DNA from: Octopus bimaculoides
Lineage: Eukaryota
Length of the DNA stretch: 64,000 nucleotides
Direction of reading: 5' to 3'
Assembly: GCF_001194135.2 (NCBI RefSeq)
Contig: NC_068983.1
Location: forward strand, 94,123,348 to 94,187,347
Shown here: piece by piece, positions 11,972 through 24,797 of the stretch
Position numbering within the stretch: position 1 is the stretch's first letter
Layout: every line of letters starts with the position of its first letter
Notes under the pieces: model-generated
What the model was told of the DNA's origin: nothing
Database searches by the model: none
The model's input: only the letters and a program-made list of their open reading frames with translations
Position numbers and translations under genes: made by a program

Positions 11972-12610
11972 AACCAAATAACATGGGTCATCAAGTGACT
12001 CTTTCTCTCTCTTTCATTCCCTGTGTGTGTGTGTGTATGAATATGTGTATGCATGTGGGTGTGTGTGTGTAGTGAAAAGGATAAAGAAAATTTTCCAAGT
12101 AGTGAATTGTAGTGAAAAATATAAAAAGAAGAAAAATGCACAGAAATTTTATGTTGGACAAAATATATTTATATATTCTTATGAAATTAAATATTTATAT
12201 AGCTTACTGGTTTTGCTTATGCTAATCATGTTTAAGTAGTTTGTGATAATGTTGCATTTTCATGCTATGATAATAAGCTTTCATTCCATGTTAGTAGGAG
12301 GAAGGATATTTTGTAAAAGAATCAGCATGCAAATAAATGTTAGGAGAGGTAATCAGTGACTGCTATTATTCGAACCTGGGATAAGGTGGCGAACTGGCAG
12401 AATTGTTAGTGCACTGGATGAAATGCTTAGCGGTATTTTGTCTGTTGCTACGTTCTGTGTTCAAATTCTGCCTAGGTTGACTTCACCTTTCATGCTTTCA
12501 GGGTTGATTAAATGAGTAATCAGTTAAACACTGGGATCGATGTAATCAATTCATCCCCTCCCCCAAAATTGCTGCTCTTGTGGCAAAATTTGAAACCATT
12601 ATTAGAACCT

Positions 12611-12653
<43 letters not shown>

Positions 12654-12661
<8 letters not shown>

Positions 12662-13604
12662 AATGAAAAACAGAAGATGGAATATACAAGAATTTAAAAG
12701 GGAGGTCCATATATTTACATTGGGAAGACGGCTGAGTCATTTAAGAATTGCTATCATAACCATGTTGCCAGCTTTAAGACAATCAATAAGAGACATTCAA
12801 CATCTTTGGCAGATTTTGTATGGTGACTGAAGGAGGATAAAATGAAGTACAGCATAACTTGGTCCATAGTAAGGAATGCGAAACCATACAGTATAATTTC
12901 CAGGAGATGCCGTCTCTGCTCTGAAGAATCACTATCTATTCTGTGGACTAACAAGAAGATCATTAATAGAATTTCTGAATGACCCTCAAGATGCCTATAT
13001 GCATAAAAATGTACTTTCACACAATGCAGTAAGAATGAATTTTGAATAACCGTTAACATAATTTAATTTACTTTAAGGTATGGATGACTTAAGTTTACTT
13101 TTAACCTCACCATTCTTACAAACACAATGTAGATAGTTAACTCACTTTGTGATCAGGAGTCCACCAAACCTCACATGTGCATATGCTCACATTTTTCTGG
13201 ATGCTTGTATGAGCGAGTGTACTTGCACCATGCAACTTGCCCAAGAATGTTTATACATCCATATTTGTTAATGGTTATTTTTAATACTTTTCTTGCTGGA
13301 TTGCATGTTCGTTTCTCTTTTTGCCATCTGTGATTTTATTTTTGATTTTCTATATAAATGAAGATATTTCCTCTGCCTGGCTTCTTTTCTTTCTACAAAA
13401 CAAAAAGTTATATTGTGGAACTGTTATTTTAATGAGTTGTATTTATTTATTGCCCAATGAGATACATCTGCACCGCTGGATGCTTCTGAACCAGTTGTTG
13501 AGTGGCCCACCCATGAGGGATTGATGCTAGATGTATCAAAACAATTGTCATGATTAATAATAAATTCTTGTATATCCCATCTTCCATCTTTCATTTGCCA
13601 TATA
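12654..13604 (+). mobile_element. Penelope-like element fragment: GIY-YIG endonuclease C-half plus pseudo-LTR
   Basis: 12701-13020 reads YIYIGKTAESFKNCYHNHVASF...STSLADFVW*LKE...ITWSIV..AKPYS..SRRCRLCSEE...NRISE*PSRC. About 43-bp imperfect inverted termini at 12654-12696 and 13561-13604. Confidence 0.8.
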
Positions 13605-13689
13605 CATAACGATCACTGTGGAAGTGACTGTGCTTTACCAGTAAGCTACCAGGTGTAAACCATTTGTTTTATTATATATATGCACATGC

Positions 13690-14492
13690 ACAAGGCGCAT
13701 CCCATATGCTTTCAGACTTTTACAGGAGTGACAAATTCTAATCACCTTCTAAGTAAGATCCCACTGACTTCAATGCACTTATTGTAGTCCTCCAGCCAAT
13801 TTTGTGAAAGCCCCATGGAAGTCCTCCAAAGTGAAGGTGTCCAGGACCCTTATCATAACCTCCTTTATTTTCAAAATGACTGTTCTTGAGGTTCTTCTTC
13901 AGCTTAGGGATCAGCCAAAAGGGTGAAAGACAGTTCTAATGCCCATCTCAAGTCAAATAGTTGGTTACCAGGATGCTCATCACTGAGCATCCTGGGAACA
14001 AACTTTGCACATGTTCAGATGTTCATGAATAACTTTGTGTATAATTGTCACACCAACTCCAAGCTATATGAATATTGTCTTTATCCAGAAAATTGTGGAT
14101 GTTCTCAATCAGCTCTGATGTGCTAACATCTTTCTCCCACACTTCACCTCTCAATCTCTCTCACCTTCTCTCTACCATTCTCGAACCTCTTGTACCAGTG
14201 TAAAATTAATCCATAAGCAGTCTAGAGCATTCATAAGTTTCTTTAGCGTTTTTACCCAGTTTAACACAAAACATAGCTAGCTTCTAAATGTTCTGACTAC
14301 AAACTAGTCATCTATAACAAGTAGTGTTTCATTGGTTGTGTTCAAAGTGCTGTTACAGCCATCCCCTTCAATCTGGAATAAGAAAAGTTGGCAGGTCACC
14401 TTATTAGATGTATAGTAATGATATATTAAAATTAAAATAATCTACAATTGTTATAACTGCCTCTCCAAAAAAAGTCTCCAAGCTTCTGGAAT

Positions 14493-14497
<5 letters not shown>
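13690..14497 (-). mobile_element. Degenerate, internally deleted mariner element
   Basis: Minus-strand remnants MFCVKLGKNAKETYE, WYKRFENGRE and WLEDYNKCIEV..GSYLEGD*. Decayed TIR-like ends at 13690-13722 and 14467-14497. Confidence 0.75.
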
Positions 14498-14530
<33 letters not shown>

Positions 14531-14788
14531 ATATATTTATATATATGAATGTATGTATAAGTAATATACATATATATATACAAATATATGCATATAAGTA
14601 TATTTGATATACATGTGCATGTGTGTGTGTATGTATTTGTGTGTACATGTGTACATACATACATACATGCATACATATATATATACAAATATATGCATAT
14701 AAGTATATTTGATATACATGTGCATGTGTGTGTGTATGTATTNNNNNNNNNNNNNNNNNNNNNNNNNNNNNNNNNNNNNNNNNNNNNN

Positions 14789-14844
<56 letters not shown>

Positions 14845-15135
14845 AATATATTATGTGTTGTGTATGTGTGTATCATCATCAACGTTGTTTTAAATGTTTA
14901 CTTTTCCATTTTTGCATGAGTGAGATGAGAGTATGTTGGGACAGCTTTTTTATAGCCAGATGCTCTTCTTGTCACCAACCCCAGTGTCTCTCCAAGCAAG
15001 GTACTAATCTCCCAGTATATTAAACTACAAACAACAAACAGTTCAAATATGTTCTATACAGAGAACTGAAAATAAACAACACCATATGAATGAGCTTTTA
15101 GCATATGTGTCAGTGGTCAAGTAGCTCCACTACAG

Positions 15136-15402
15136 CAGGGGATCCCAACCTGGTCCATATGGACTACTAGGTGATCCACAGGAAAATCCAGGTAGTCCAC
15201 AGGAAAATTCAGATGGTCCATGGAAAATTTTCATGGATTATCTTACTAAAAATGGCACTGACCCCCTCAACTTCATATCAATATGCACTGATGGAGCACC
15301 GTCTATGATTGGCAAATCTCAGGGTTTTGTTGCCAGATGGATAGAATTTAATCCTATCTTCACAATTTTTGCATTCTCCATCGAGAAAACCTGATAGCAA
15401 AA
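15136..15402 (+). mobile_element. hAT (Charlie/Buster) deletion fragment
   Basis: caggggatcccaacc-type end, followed by SICTDGAPSMIGKSQGFVAR and CILHRENLIAK (CxxH) transposase motifs. Confidence 0.8.
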
Positions 15403-16019
15403 AGAACCAGAAATAATATATTTTCTGAAACCCTAGACTTAATTGCTTCCGCAGTAAAAAAATCAAAAGATCATTTCTTATTATAACAGCATTTTCTATG
15501 ATAAATAGCATGTCTTAAGATTGCTAACATGTGTATAATAATTATATAATACTGAATGTAAATATTAGTTTTTTTAAGAAACAAACAAGACATTTTGCTC
15601 AAAATGGCATGGTACTAAACTAGACAAAGTTAATTTAGTGTGTTAATATTTCTACTGGCCCCAGTGCCCTAACACACATAAATATTAAAGGAGCAAAGCT
15701 TCTTGTATGTTTTTCTTATAAATAAATCAATAAATCAGTAATAAAATGAAATGTGGATCATATTGAGGAGTTTTATAGAAATGATAATGATATTAAAGCA
15801 TTTTCCTATTATTTTCCAAAAGTTGTGGTTCTAAATGTGTGGAATGATTCACCAGTTCAACAAGGATTCTTGTTGAATTGTTTGCAAACAAAAATATTGC
15901 CTATCATTGTCCCCTGAGGCACTTCAGATGTGCTCTTTGATGTCAGGTGACAGAGGCACTGCAGATATGCTCTTTGATGTCAGGAGCAGAAAAAATATTA
16001 AGAACAAGGCCTCTCTATT

Positions 16020-17200
16020 AATCAAATTTTTGTTGACCAAACAAAAGCTTCAACATAGAGACTAGAAATACACTATGGAGAATTCTTGTGAAGTTTAGAG
16101 TGCCTGCCTAAGTTTGTTGCATGTTTCGTTCAACTAAACACTGGTATCAAGGCCTAACTCAATTCTAATGGTATTCTCTCAGAATCAATTTTTGTGGACA
16201 ATGGCATCAAGCAATTTGATATACCTGTGCCAGCTTTGTTGTCCATAAACCTTGTATCATTAACTAACTAAGCACTTCAGGACTGCAAAGTAGATATCCT
16301 TGATTACTATCACACAAAAAATAATCTGTTCAAAGTAAATCACTTCAAAGCCAGAACAGAAACCTTTATAGCTCTAGTCACAATTTTTTGTATATTGGCA
16401 ATTGCAATTTTGTAACAAAATGGAAAGAAGGTATTGAAAAAACTGAATAATTTATCCAGTGATTGTACTGCTTTTAGACTTAAAATAAACCTGAAGAAAA
16501 TTAAGGTGATGCTAACACCTGCTCTAGGTAAACTGCTGACTAAATATACTTATTCAAAGAACTAGATTTGATGAAATCAGTTCTTTTGTATATCCCAGCA
16601 TCTGTCTCCAAGGATGAGTCCTTAGATTCTGAGGTTAACTTAATGATTAAGAAATCTCCAATTGTGCTTAGAACACTTGAGAAACAAATTTAGTTAGACA
16701 GGGACTTGAAGCATTCTACTTAGCTTGCATTTATGATTCTTGCATCACAACATCTTTGCTGTACTTGTCTGAGACATTGCCAACACGGCAACATCCTAGA
16801 AATATTTCACAAGAAGTGGTTAAAACATATATTAAACATCAGTTAAAAATCATTTACACTAGACTTAGAAGTGCTACAAATTGAAGGCTATCTCAGTATG
16901 GAACTCACCTTATCAAGTATTATATGCATTGGATTAGTCATATCATCAAATTTGATGATTTCAAGCTTCCAAACCAATTATTTAATGGTGAATTACTTGT
17001 TGGTAAACATATCCACCACAAACTGAAATAAGAGATTTCATGATATCATAAAAAACAGTTTGAGGCTTTAACACTGATAATTGGTAACATGTAATAAATA
17101 AAAGCAGATCTGAAATCATTGTCTGCATTTTGAGGGAAAAAAAACGCAAATTGTGACATAGGTCTGAAAAATCCAAGTTATCAAAGTTCCACTGTCTTTG
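16020..17200 (+). mobile_element. RTE-clade LINE RT and C-terminal remnant, heavily decayed
   Basis: Fragmentary frames: RNTLWRILVKF, VDNGIKQ, FRLKINLKKIKVM, SKDESLDSEVNLMIKK. Confidence 0.7.
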
Positions 17201-19836
17201 AAAGTTAGTCTTGTTAACTATGAAAGATCTCATGTCAGGAGACAAACATATTTATGTGTATGAAGTTCCATCAACCCCACCTCTGTACTACAACTCCTTA
17301 TACTAAAAAAATGAGACATGTTCACATCATACACTCTACCATTATGTTTTCTGTGCTGCCAACCATCACTCACTCTCCCTCTAGTCACTTTATTCTCTTT
17401 CATCTCATCGACCTTTATTACTATCCATCATTCAGTTTCTCTTTCCCCAATAAACATGTAGCTACCATCATTCTCTTCCCTCTGACTCTCCCTTCTCTAC
17501 CACCCTCCCATTCTAAGCATTCCTTTTTTTCCATTCTCCTGTATCACTCTCATACCCAATCACTTTTTCTTACATCCGTTTCTTGCTTTTTTCATCATCT
17601 ACTCATCCTGATTTTTTCATCACTGCTCTCTCTTCTATTCATCCTCTTAGTCACATCACTTTGAATGAATGAAAATACCTTAGAATAGGGAGGACCCTTT
17701 AGTCTTTCAGGGCAATATACAAATTCACTGATAGCCACATGTCTTCATGGCAAAAAACTATTAGTAACTCTTGAGTTAATACAGTTTACATTAAATGGTA
17801 CTCATCTCTAACTGGATGAAGTACATTTTTTGTTGACCCTACATTAACAGAACTGCAAACTACATACACACACACACACACATATAGTTCAAATTTACAG
17901 AAAACAAAAGACAAAAAGAGGTGAAGGAACAATAAACAGGTGTATTAGTTTAACACTTGGAAAGGATGGAAAAGTCTTTGATGTTTTGAGCCTACACTCT
18001 TCAACATAAAGGATTGAGGAGGGAAAAATGGAGAGAGAATGAANNNNNNNNNNNNNNNNNNNNNNNNNNNNNNNNNNNNNNNNNNNNNNNNNNNNNNNNN
18101 NNNNNNNNNNNNNNNNNNNNNNNNNNNNNNNNNNNNNNNNNNNNNNNNNNNNNNNNNNNNNNNNNNNNNNNNNNNNNNNNNNNNNNNNNNNNNNNNNNNN
18201 NNNNNNNNNNNNNNNNNNNNNNNNNNNNNNNNNNNNNNNNNNNNNNNNNNNNNNNNNNNNNNNNNNNNNNNNNNNNNNNNNNNNNNNNNNNNNNNNNNNN
18301 NNNNNNNNNNNNNNNNNNNNNNNNNNNNNNNNNNNNNNNNNNNNNNNNNNNNNNNNNNNNNNNNNNNNNNNNNNNNNNNNNNNNNNNNNNNNNNNNNNNN
18401 NNNNNNNNNNNNNNNNNNNNNNNNNNNNNNNNNNNNNNNNNNNNNNNNNNNNNNNNNNNNNNNNNNNNNNNNNNNNNNNNNNNNNNNNNNNNNNNNNNNN
18501 NNNNNNNNNNNNNNNNNNNNNNNNNNNNNNNNNNNNNNNNNNNNNNNNNNNNNNNNNNNNNNNNNNNNNNNNNNNNNNNNNNNNNNNNNNNNNNNNNNNN
18601 NNNNNNNNNNNNNNNNNNNNNNNNNNNNNNNNNNNNNNNNNNNNNNNNNNNNNNNNNNNNNNNNNNNNNNNNNNNNNNNNNNNNNNNNNNNNNNNNNNNN
18701 NNNNNNNNNNNNNNNNNNNNNNNNNNNNNNNNNNNNNNNNNNNNNNNNNNNNNNNNNNNNNNNNNNNNNNNNNNNNNNNNNNNNNNNNNNNNNNNNNNNN
18801 NNNNNNNNNNNNNNNNNNNNNNNNNNNNNNNNNNNNNNNNNNNNNNNNNNNNNNNNNNNNNNNNNNNNNNNNNNNNNNNNNNNNNNNNNNNNNNNNNNNN
18901 NNNNNNNNNNNNNNNNNNNNNNNNNNNNNNNNNNNNNCCATTTTAGAAACTTTATCCTTATCCACAAGAATTGCATGTTGTTGATGTCATAAGAATTTTA
19001 TAAACTTCGAAGAGATTGTAAAATAATAAGTATGTGAAGGCACATGGCTCAGTGGCTAGAGTGTTGGGCTCACAATCATGAGGTAGTGAGTTCAATTCCT
19101 GGACTGGGCTGTGTGTTGTGTTCTTGAGCAAGACTCTATTTCATGTTGTTCCAGTTACTAAAGGGGTTAGTGAAAAGAGGCAACATAGGTTCAAGAGGAC
19201 CATTCACCCAGTTCAAATACATGACTACATTCTGTCATGATGCACTCAATACACTCTGTAAAGAGATTGATGTTAGGAAAATTCAGCCATAGAAACTGAG
19301 CCAAAAATAGAATATACAAAGGATCCATGTCCTCCAACCCCTCTCAAGTAGTAACTCAGAATAAGAACTAAATCAGACCATGATGACATGACCTGTCTAA
19401 TCATTGCCAGCATGGAAATCAGACAAAAAATTATGATGATGATGACGATGGTTATAATAATGAGTATATAATTATTGGAAGCTGAAAATTCATAAATCAT
19501 TACTACAAATAACACATTACAGATCTTTGAACAGTTATTGAAAAGTGATTTCATTTTTCAATAATCATCAAAAACAAATCATTCAATAATTGTTCAATTT
19601 TTAAATAATCACTTGAAGACCAGCAAAAATAAACTCAGTTTATTTTAGATTCAAGAAATTATATATCACTTCATCCTAATACTGAAACTGCTCTTTCTGT
19701 TTCTTGAATACACTAATGTCAATACATAATATATTCCAAGGTTGCTTGGAAACAAAAGGCATGTTATAAAATCTGCATAGCCACATGTCTTCATGGCAAA
19801 AAACTATTAGTAACTCTTGAGTTAATNNNNNNNNNN

Positions 19837-19867
<31 letters not shown>

Positions 19868-20307
19868 TGCTAGCATGGAAAGCGAATGTTAAACGATGAT
19901 GATTATGATATATATATACAGCAATAAGAAAATGCAAGGGATCAAGAGGTAGTATTCATCAACTTTTAGACATTATATTATGTCTATTTATTTATTTTTA
20001 AAAAAAACAATTATAACAATATACATACATGTATAACATATTATACTTTACATATATCATATATAAAATATAAAAATACCAGTAATTATTAAAATATATA
20101 ACGTAGAACATAGGAAGTAGAATAGTATCTTTATATATATATATATATATATATCGTTGATATCATAAGAATTTTGTAAACTTTCAAGAGAACATGAAAT
20201 AATTCTTTTTTTGGAATAAAGGATCTTGGCACAAGTAAAGCTTTAAATAAAAGCATGCAAATATTGTGTTGAAAGATCCTTTTGAAAAGACAGTGTCAAA
20301 GACTACC

Positions 20308-20364
20308 CTTGGGACTTGAACCCACATATCCTGTAGACACAACAGGCATTCTGCCACTGAACCA
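20308..20364 (-). mobile_element. tRNA-like SINE head or tRNA pseudogene
   Basis: tggttcagtggcagaatg...gtgggttcaagtccc gives A and B boxes. No clean acceptor stem. Confidence 0.45.
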
Positions 20365-20643
20365 AAACAATCCTTCAAATTTCCCAATCCATTTTAGAAA
20401 CTTTATCCTTATCCACAAGAATTGCATGTTGTTGATGTCATAAGAATTTTATAAACTTCGAAGAGATTGTAAAATAATAAGTATGTGAAGGCACATGGCT
20501 CAGTGGCTAGAGTGTTGGGCTCACAATCATGAGGTAGTGAGTTNNNNNNNNNNNNNNNNNNNNNNNNNNNNNNNNNNNNNNNNNNNNNNNNNNNNNNNNN
20601 NNNNNNNNNNNNNNNNNNNNNNNNNNNNNNNNNNNNNNNNNNN

Positions 20644-20679
<36 letters not shown>

Positions 20680-20859
20680 ATGTATATATTCTCATACTCG
20701 GGTGTTCTCCTTTTTTGCATTAAGAAATTCCATATTACTGCAAGATTTTCAGGAACATAACATTTCCATAACATGAAGAAAGAGAGAGAGAGTGTATGTG
20801 TGTGTGTGTGTGTGCATGTATGTGTGCGTACTCTCCATAATATGGAAATAGCAATATTC

Positions 20860-21160
20860 AAAATAATAATAATATCAGTGGCTGTGGTCGTAAACATAAT
20901 TATATTGGAAACAATGCTAATAGCAATAAGCATAATAGAACTCATAAAAAGCAAGATGGTGATAAAGATAATAATAAAAAGAACAATAATAGGGATAAGC
21001 ACAACAGCAATATCAACAGCAATAAAAATAGGGGTGGAATTAAAAATAATCGTGATGAGGATATGAATAACAATATGCATAATTTTATGAGTAGAAGTAA
21101 CAACAAAAACATGAAAAACAGCAACAGCAGCAGCAGCAACAACTTCAACAACAACAATAG
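20860..21160. repeat. Low-complexity AAT/AAC/AGC tract
   Basis: Direct reading. Confidence 0.85.
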
Positions 21161-22290
21161 TTGTAATGTAGGGACTCTAATAAATGCCTTAAGAAGAACC
21201 TATTTTATAGATGCCCAGTTGTTATGGATAATACAGCTTACCATTACATAGGCTGTTGCACAACTTTCAAGTCTCAATATTATAACTATGCCTTTGTTAG
21301 GTGGCGAGCTGGCAGAACTGTTAGCATGCAAGGCAAGATGTTTAGTGGCATTTCATCCAACTTTACATTCTGACTTCAAATTCCACCGAGGTTAACCTTG
21401 CCTTTCATCTTTTCAGGGTCAATAAAATAAGTACCAGTTAAATACTGGGGTCAATGCAATCAATTTACCCCTTCCCCAAAACTGCTGGCCTTGTGCCAAA
21501 ATGTGAAACCAATATTATAATTATGTCTTTGTAAGGCAGCAAGCTGGCAGAACTGTTAGCACGGTGAGCTTAGTGGCTTTAGTCCATTGTTACATTCTGA
21601 GTTCATATTCTGCCAAGGTTGACTTTGCCTTTCATCTTTTCAGGGTCAACAAAGTAAGTACCAATTGAGCGCTGGGGTCGATATAATCGACATATCCCCT
21701 TCCCTGAAGCTGCTGGCCTTGTGCCAAAATGTGAAAATAATATTATGATTATATCTCATCATTTAGACGTAGGAATAAGGAAAGTTCAACCTCATTAGGC
21801 CTTTCAAAGACATAGTTATAATATTGACCCTCGCAGGATTTGAACTCAGAACATGAAGATGGACAAAATTCCGCTAATCATTTCACCCAGCACATTAACA
21901 TTTCTGTCAACTTGACGCCTCTAAAACAACTAAGTATAATATTTAGCAGTGCACCTCCATATGATATGCAGAAAACCAGATGTGAGCTTCACCTAGAAGA
22001 ATCATTGTTGATACTTACATCAAAGCATAACATCCTAAATAAGAGGGAGGAATTAGCAGTAAGATCATTTATCTTTTACTTGTTTTAGTCATTAAACTGC
22101 AGCCTTACTGGGGCACCGTCTTGGATTTTTAGTTGAGTGAATCAACTCCAGTCCTTTTTTTAAAACTTGGTACTTGTACTATCAGTCTATTTTGCCAAAC
22201 TACTAAGTTACGGGGCTGCAAACACACAAACACCAGTTGTCAAGTGGTGGTGGGGAACAAACAGACAGAAAGACACACACATATAGACCT

Positions 22291-22349
<59 letters not shown>

Positions 22350-22351
22350 CA

Positions 22352-22385
22352 CAGGGTGTCCCAAAATGATGTACTCACTCTTTGA
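22352..22385 (+). mobile_element. Single Tc1/mariner-type terminus (CAGGGTGTCCCAAAA)
   Basis: The sequence resembles a Tc1-type TIR. The partner end was not found, and a gap follows. Confidence 0.35.
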
Positions 22386-22514
22386 CTTCCCAGTACTCAT
22401 GCATTTTGTGTTCAAGTAGATGTTTATTGATATACATACAATCCTAAAAAGTTAAATTAAATTCAGGAAAATAAATTGTTGTAGAAACGATTATTTATTC
22501 TAATNNNNNNNNNN

Positions 22515-22549
<35 letters not shown>

Positions 22550-22825
22550 AAATAGTAAATGAGTATATGCATATATACGTACAGGTATGTGCATACCGAC
22601 ATCCACCTGTATGTATAGGTGCATATCTGGGTACAGGACATTGCAAACAAACGTAGACGAGAACACACGAGCCACATAGAGAACATTCTACTTCATCAGC
22701 TACCCACGTTTTAACACCGGCGTTTCGACGTATATAAGCGTATATAAGCTTTTTATTGGGATAGTTTTATCCAAGATATATTGGTTTGATATATTATACT
22801 TTGAAGATATAATTCTTCAATAAAT

Positions 22826-23289
22826 ATATTATACAAATATCAAATATTATTAAGTAAGAAAATGGAGAGATATAATGGGTATGAATTAATTTTTAATCAA
22901 TTAACATTACCTACAATCATTTCAATTTACACTCAATACAAATTACAAAATATATAGAAAATAATTCTGTACATTTTAAGATTTTGACTGAAATACCTTC
23001 AGGGCAAAGAGGAATTACGGAATGTACATGTAAATCAGTTGAGGTACTCTGTTGGAGTACCTCAACTGATTCACATGTAAATTCCTTTATGCCCTGAAGA
23101 CAATGTAATTTTTTCCCTGAAGATACTTCAGTCAAAATCTTAAAAAATGCAGAATTATTTTCTATATATTTTGTAATTTGTATTGAGTGCAAATTGAAAT
23201 GATTGTAGGCAATGTTAATTGATTAAAAATTAATTCATATCCATTATATCTCTCCATTTTTTTACTTGATAATATTTGGTGTGTATATA

Positions 23290-23290
<1 letters not shown>
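22826..23290. repeat. Fold-back element, about 220-bp arms
   Basis: Apex gaggtactc-tgttg-gagtacctc at about 23050. The arms pair out to about 22826 and 23290. Confidence 0.85.
22907..23008 (-). ncRNA. Degenerate hammerhead motif (mirror copy on + at about 23090-23212)
   Basis: ttgcc-CTGAAGG/A...GAAAT-GATT-GTA-gg(c/t)aa. Stem I ttgcc/ggcaa. Inferred ancestral GAAAC-GATC-GTA. Confidence 0.45.
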
Positions 23291-23327
<37 letters not shown>

Positions 23328-24759
23328 GTAGTATATTGCCACTTAAGTGTGGCTGACCCCTAGGGGTGGATGTTACTGTTGCTTTTAGCCCCAGGAGGAC
23401 ATCTCCTCCAGCTGGCTTATCGACACACGACTGTGTCCTGTTTGCCAAGGGAAGTTATCCCTCTCACCTCGATCTGCAGCACGANNNNNNNNNNNNNNNN
23501 NNNNNNNNNNNNNNNNNNNNNNNNNNNNNNNNNNNNNNNNNNNNNNNNNNNNNNNNNNNNNNNNNNNNNNNNNNNNNNNNNNNNNNNNNNNNNNNNNNNN
23601 NNNNNNNNNNNNNNNNNNNNNNNNNNNNNNNNNNNNNNNNNNNNNNNNNNNNNNNNNNNNNNNNNNNNNNNNNNNNNNNNNNNNNNNNNNNNNNNNNNNN
23701 NNNNNNNNNNNNNNNNNNNNNNNNNNNNNNNNNNNNNNNNNNNNNNNNNNNNNNNNNNNNNNNNNNNNNNNNNNNNNNNNNNNNNNNNNNNNNNNNNNNN
23801 NNNNNNNNNNNNNNNNNNNNNNNNNNNNNNNNNNNNNNNNNNNNNNNNNNNNNNNNNNNNNNNNNNNNNNNNNNNNNNNNNNNNNNNNNNNNNNNNNNNN
23901 NNNNNNNNNNNNNNNNNNNNNNNNNNNNNNNNNNNNNNNNNNNNNNNNNNNNNNNNNNNNNNNNNNNNNNNNNNNNNNNNNNNNNNNNNNNNNNNNNNNN
24001 NNNNNNNNNNNNNNNNNNNNNNNNNNNNNNNNNNNNNNNNNNNNNNNNNNNNNNNNNNNNNNNNNNNNNNNNNNNNNNNNNNNNNNNNNNNNNNNNNNNN
24101 NNNNNNNNNNNNNNNNNNNNNNNNNNNNNNNNNNNNNNNNNNNNNNNNNNNNNNNNNNNNNNNNNNNNNNNNNNNNNNNNNNNNNNNNNNNNNNNNNNNN
24201 NNNNNNNNNNNNNNNNNNNNGGCCAAGTAAGTGACCGTTAGAAGTAAGAACGCTTGTTTACATAGAGTTATAAAGGGAGGGGGCTGTAAACATAATGCTA
24301 AAGGTTTAAATTAAATGATTAAAATGGGGGGAGGAGGGCAAAATAGATCACAGTAAAGTAAACTAAAAATCGTAAGCTAATTGCTAAGTCAAAAGTGGAG
24401 GAAGGGAGAGAACTAAGGGAGTTCATCAAATATAAAACATTTTCTCCTTAAGGAAAAAACTAATGACATACTTCATATGAAGTGAAGAAAGTAAATATAA
24501 AAATAAATAAAGCATCATAGCCTAGTAATATATTATATTATTATACGGATATTAATGCTAGTTAATGGTAAAACAAGGTACAGGATATTTATTGGAGAAA
24601 TAATAATGATAATAATGTGTACGCTTACAAGGAGAAGATTGAAAATACTTAGTTGAAGTTACCGAAGGTACGAACAACAACCAGTGTGGCATTACTAGGA
24701 AGAATTTACTTAGCTAACTGTAGAAGGGGAAAATAAAGCACTAGTGGTGATTGAGGCAG

Positions 24760-24797
<38 letters not shown>

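Noticed and set aside
12676-12690. GIY tripeptide upstream of the Penelope YIG motif
   Set aside because: It is in a different frame and lies inside the inverted terminal copy, so it is probably coincidental.
14404-15023. HTHT/YIYI/CVCV ORFs here and throughout the window
   Set aside because: They are translations of (CA)n, (TA)n and (TG)n microsatellites.
17895-18992. Long ORFs made of X (also 23366-24241, 35639-36200, 36955-37515, 49538-50055)
   Set aside because: They are artefacts of N gaps, which contain no stop codons.
20308-20364. Functional tRNA gene
   Set aside because: A and B boxes are present, but there is no acceptor stem or clear anticodon arm. Treated as a SINE head.
22690-22735. 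Minus-strand GAAAC...CTGATGA in type II order
   Set aside because: No stem I hairpin or stem II pairing was found.
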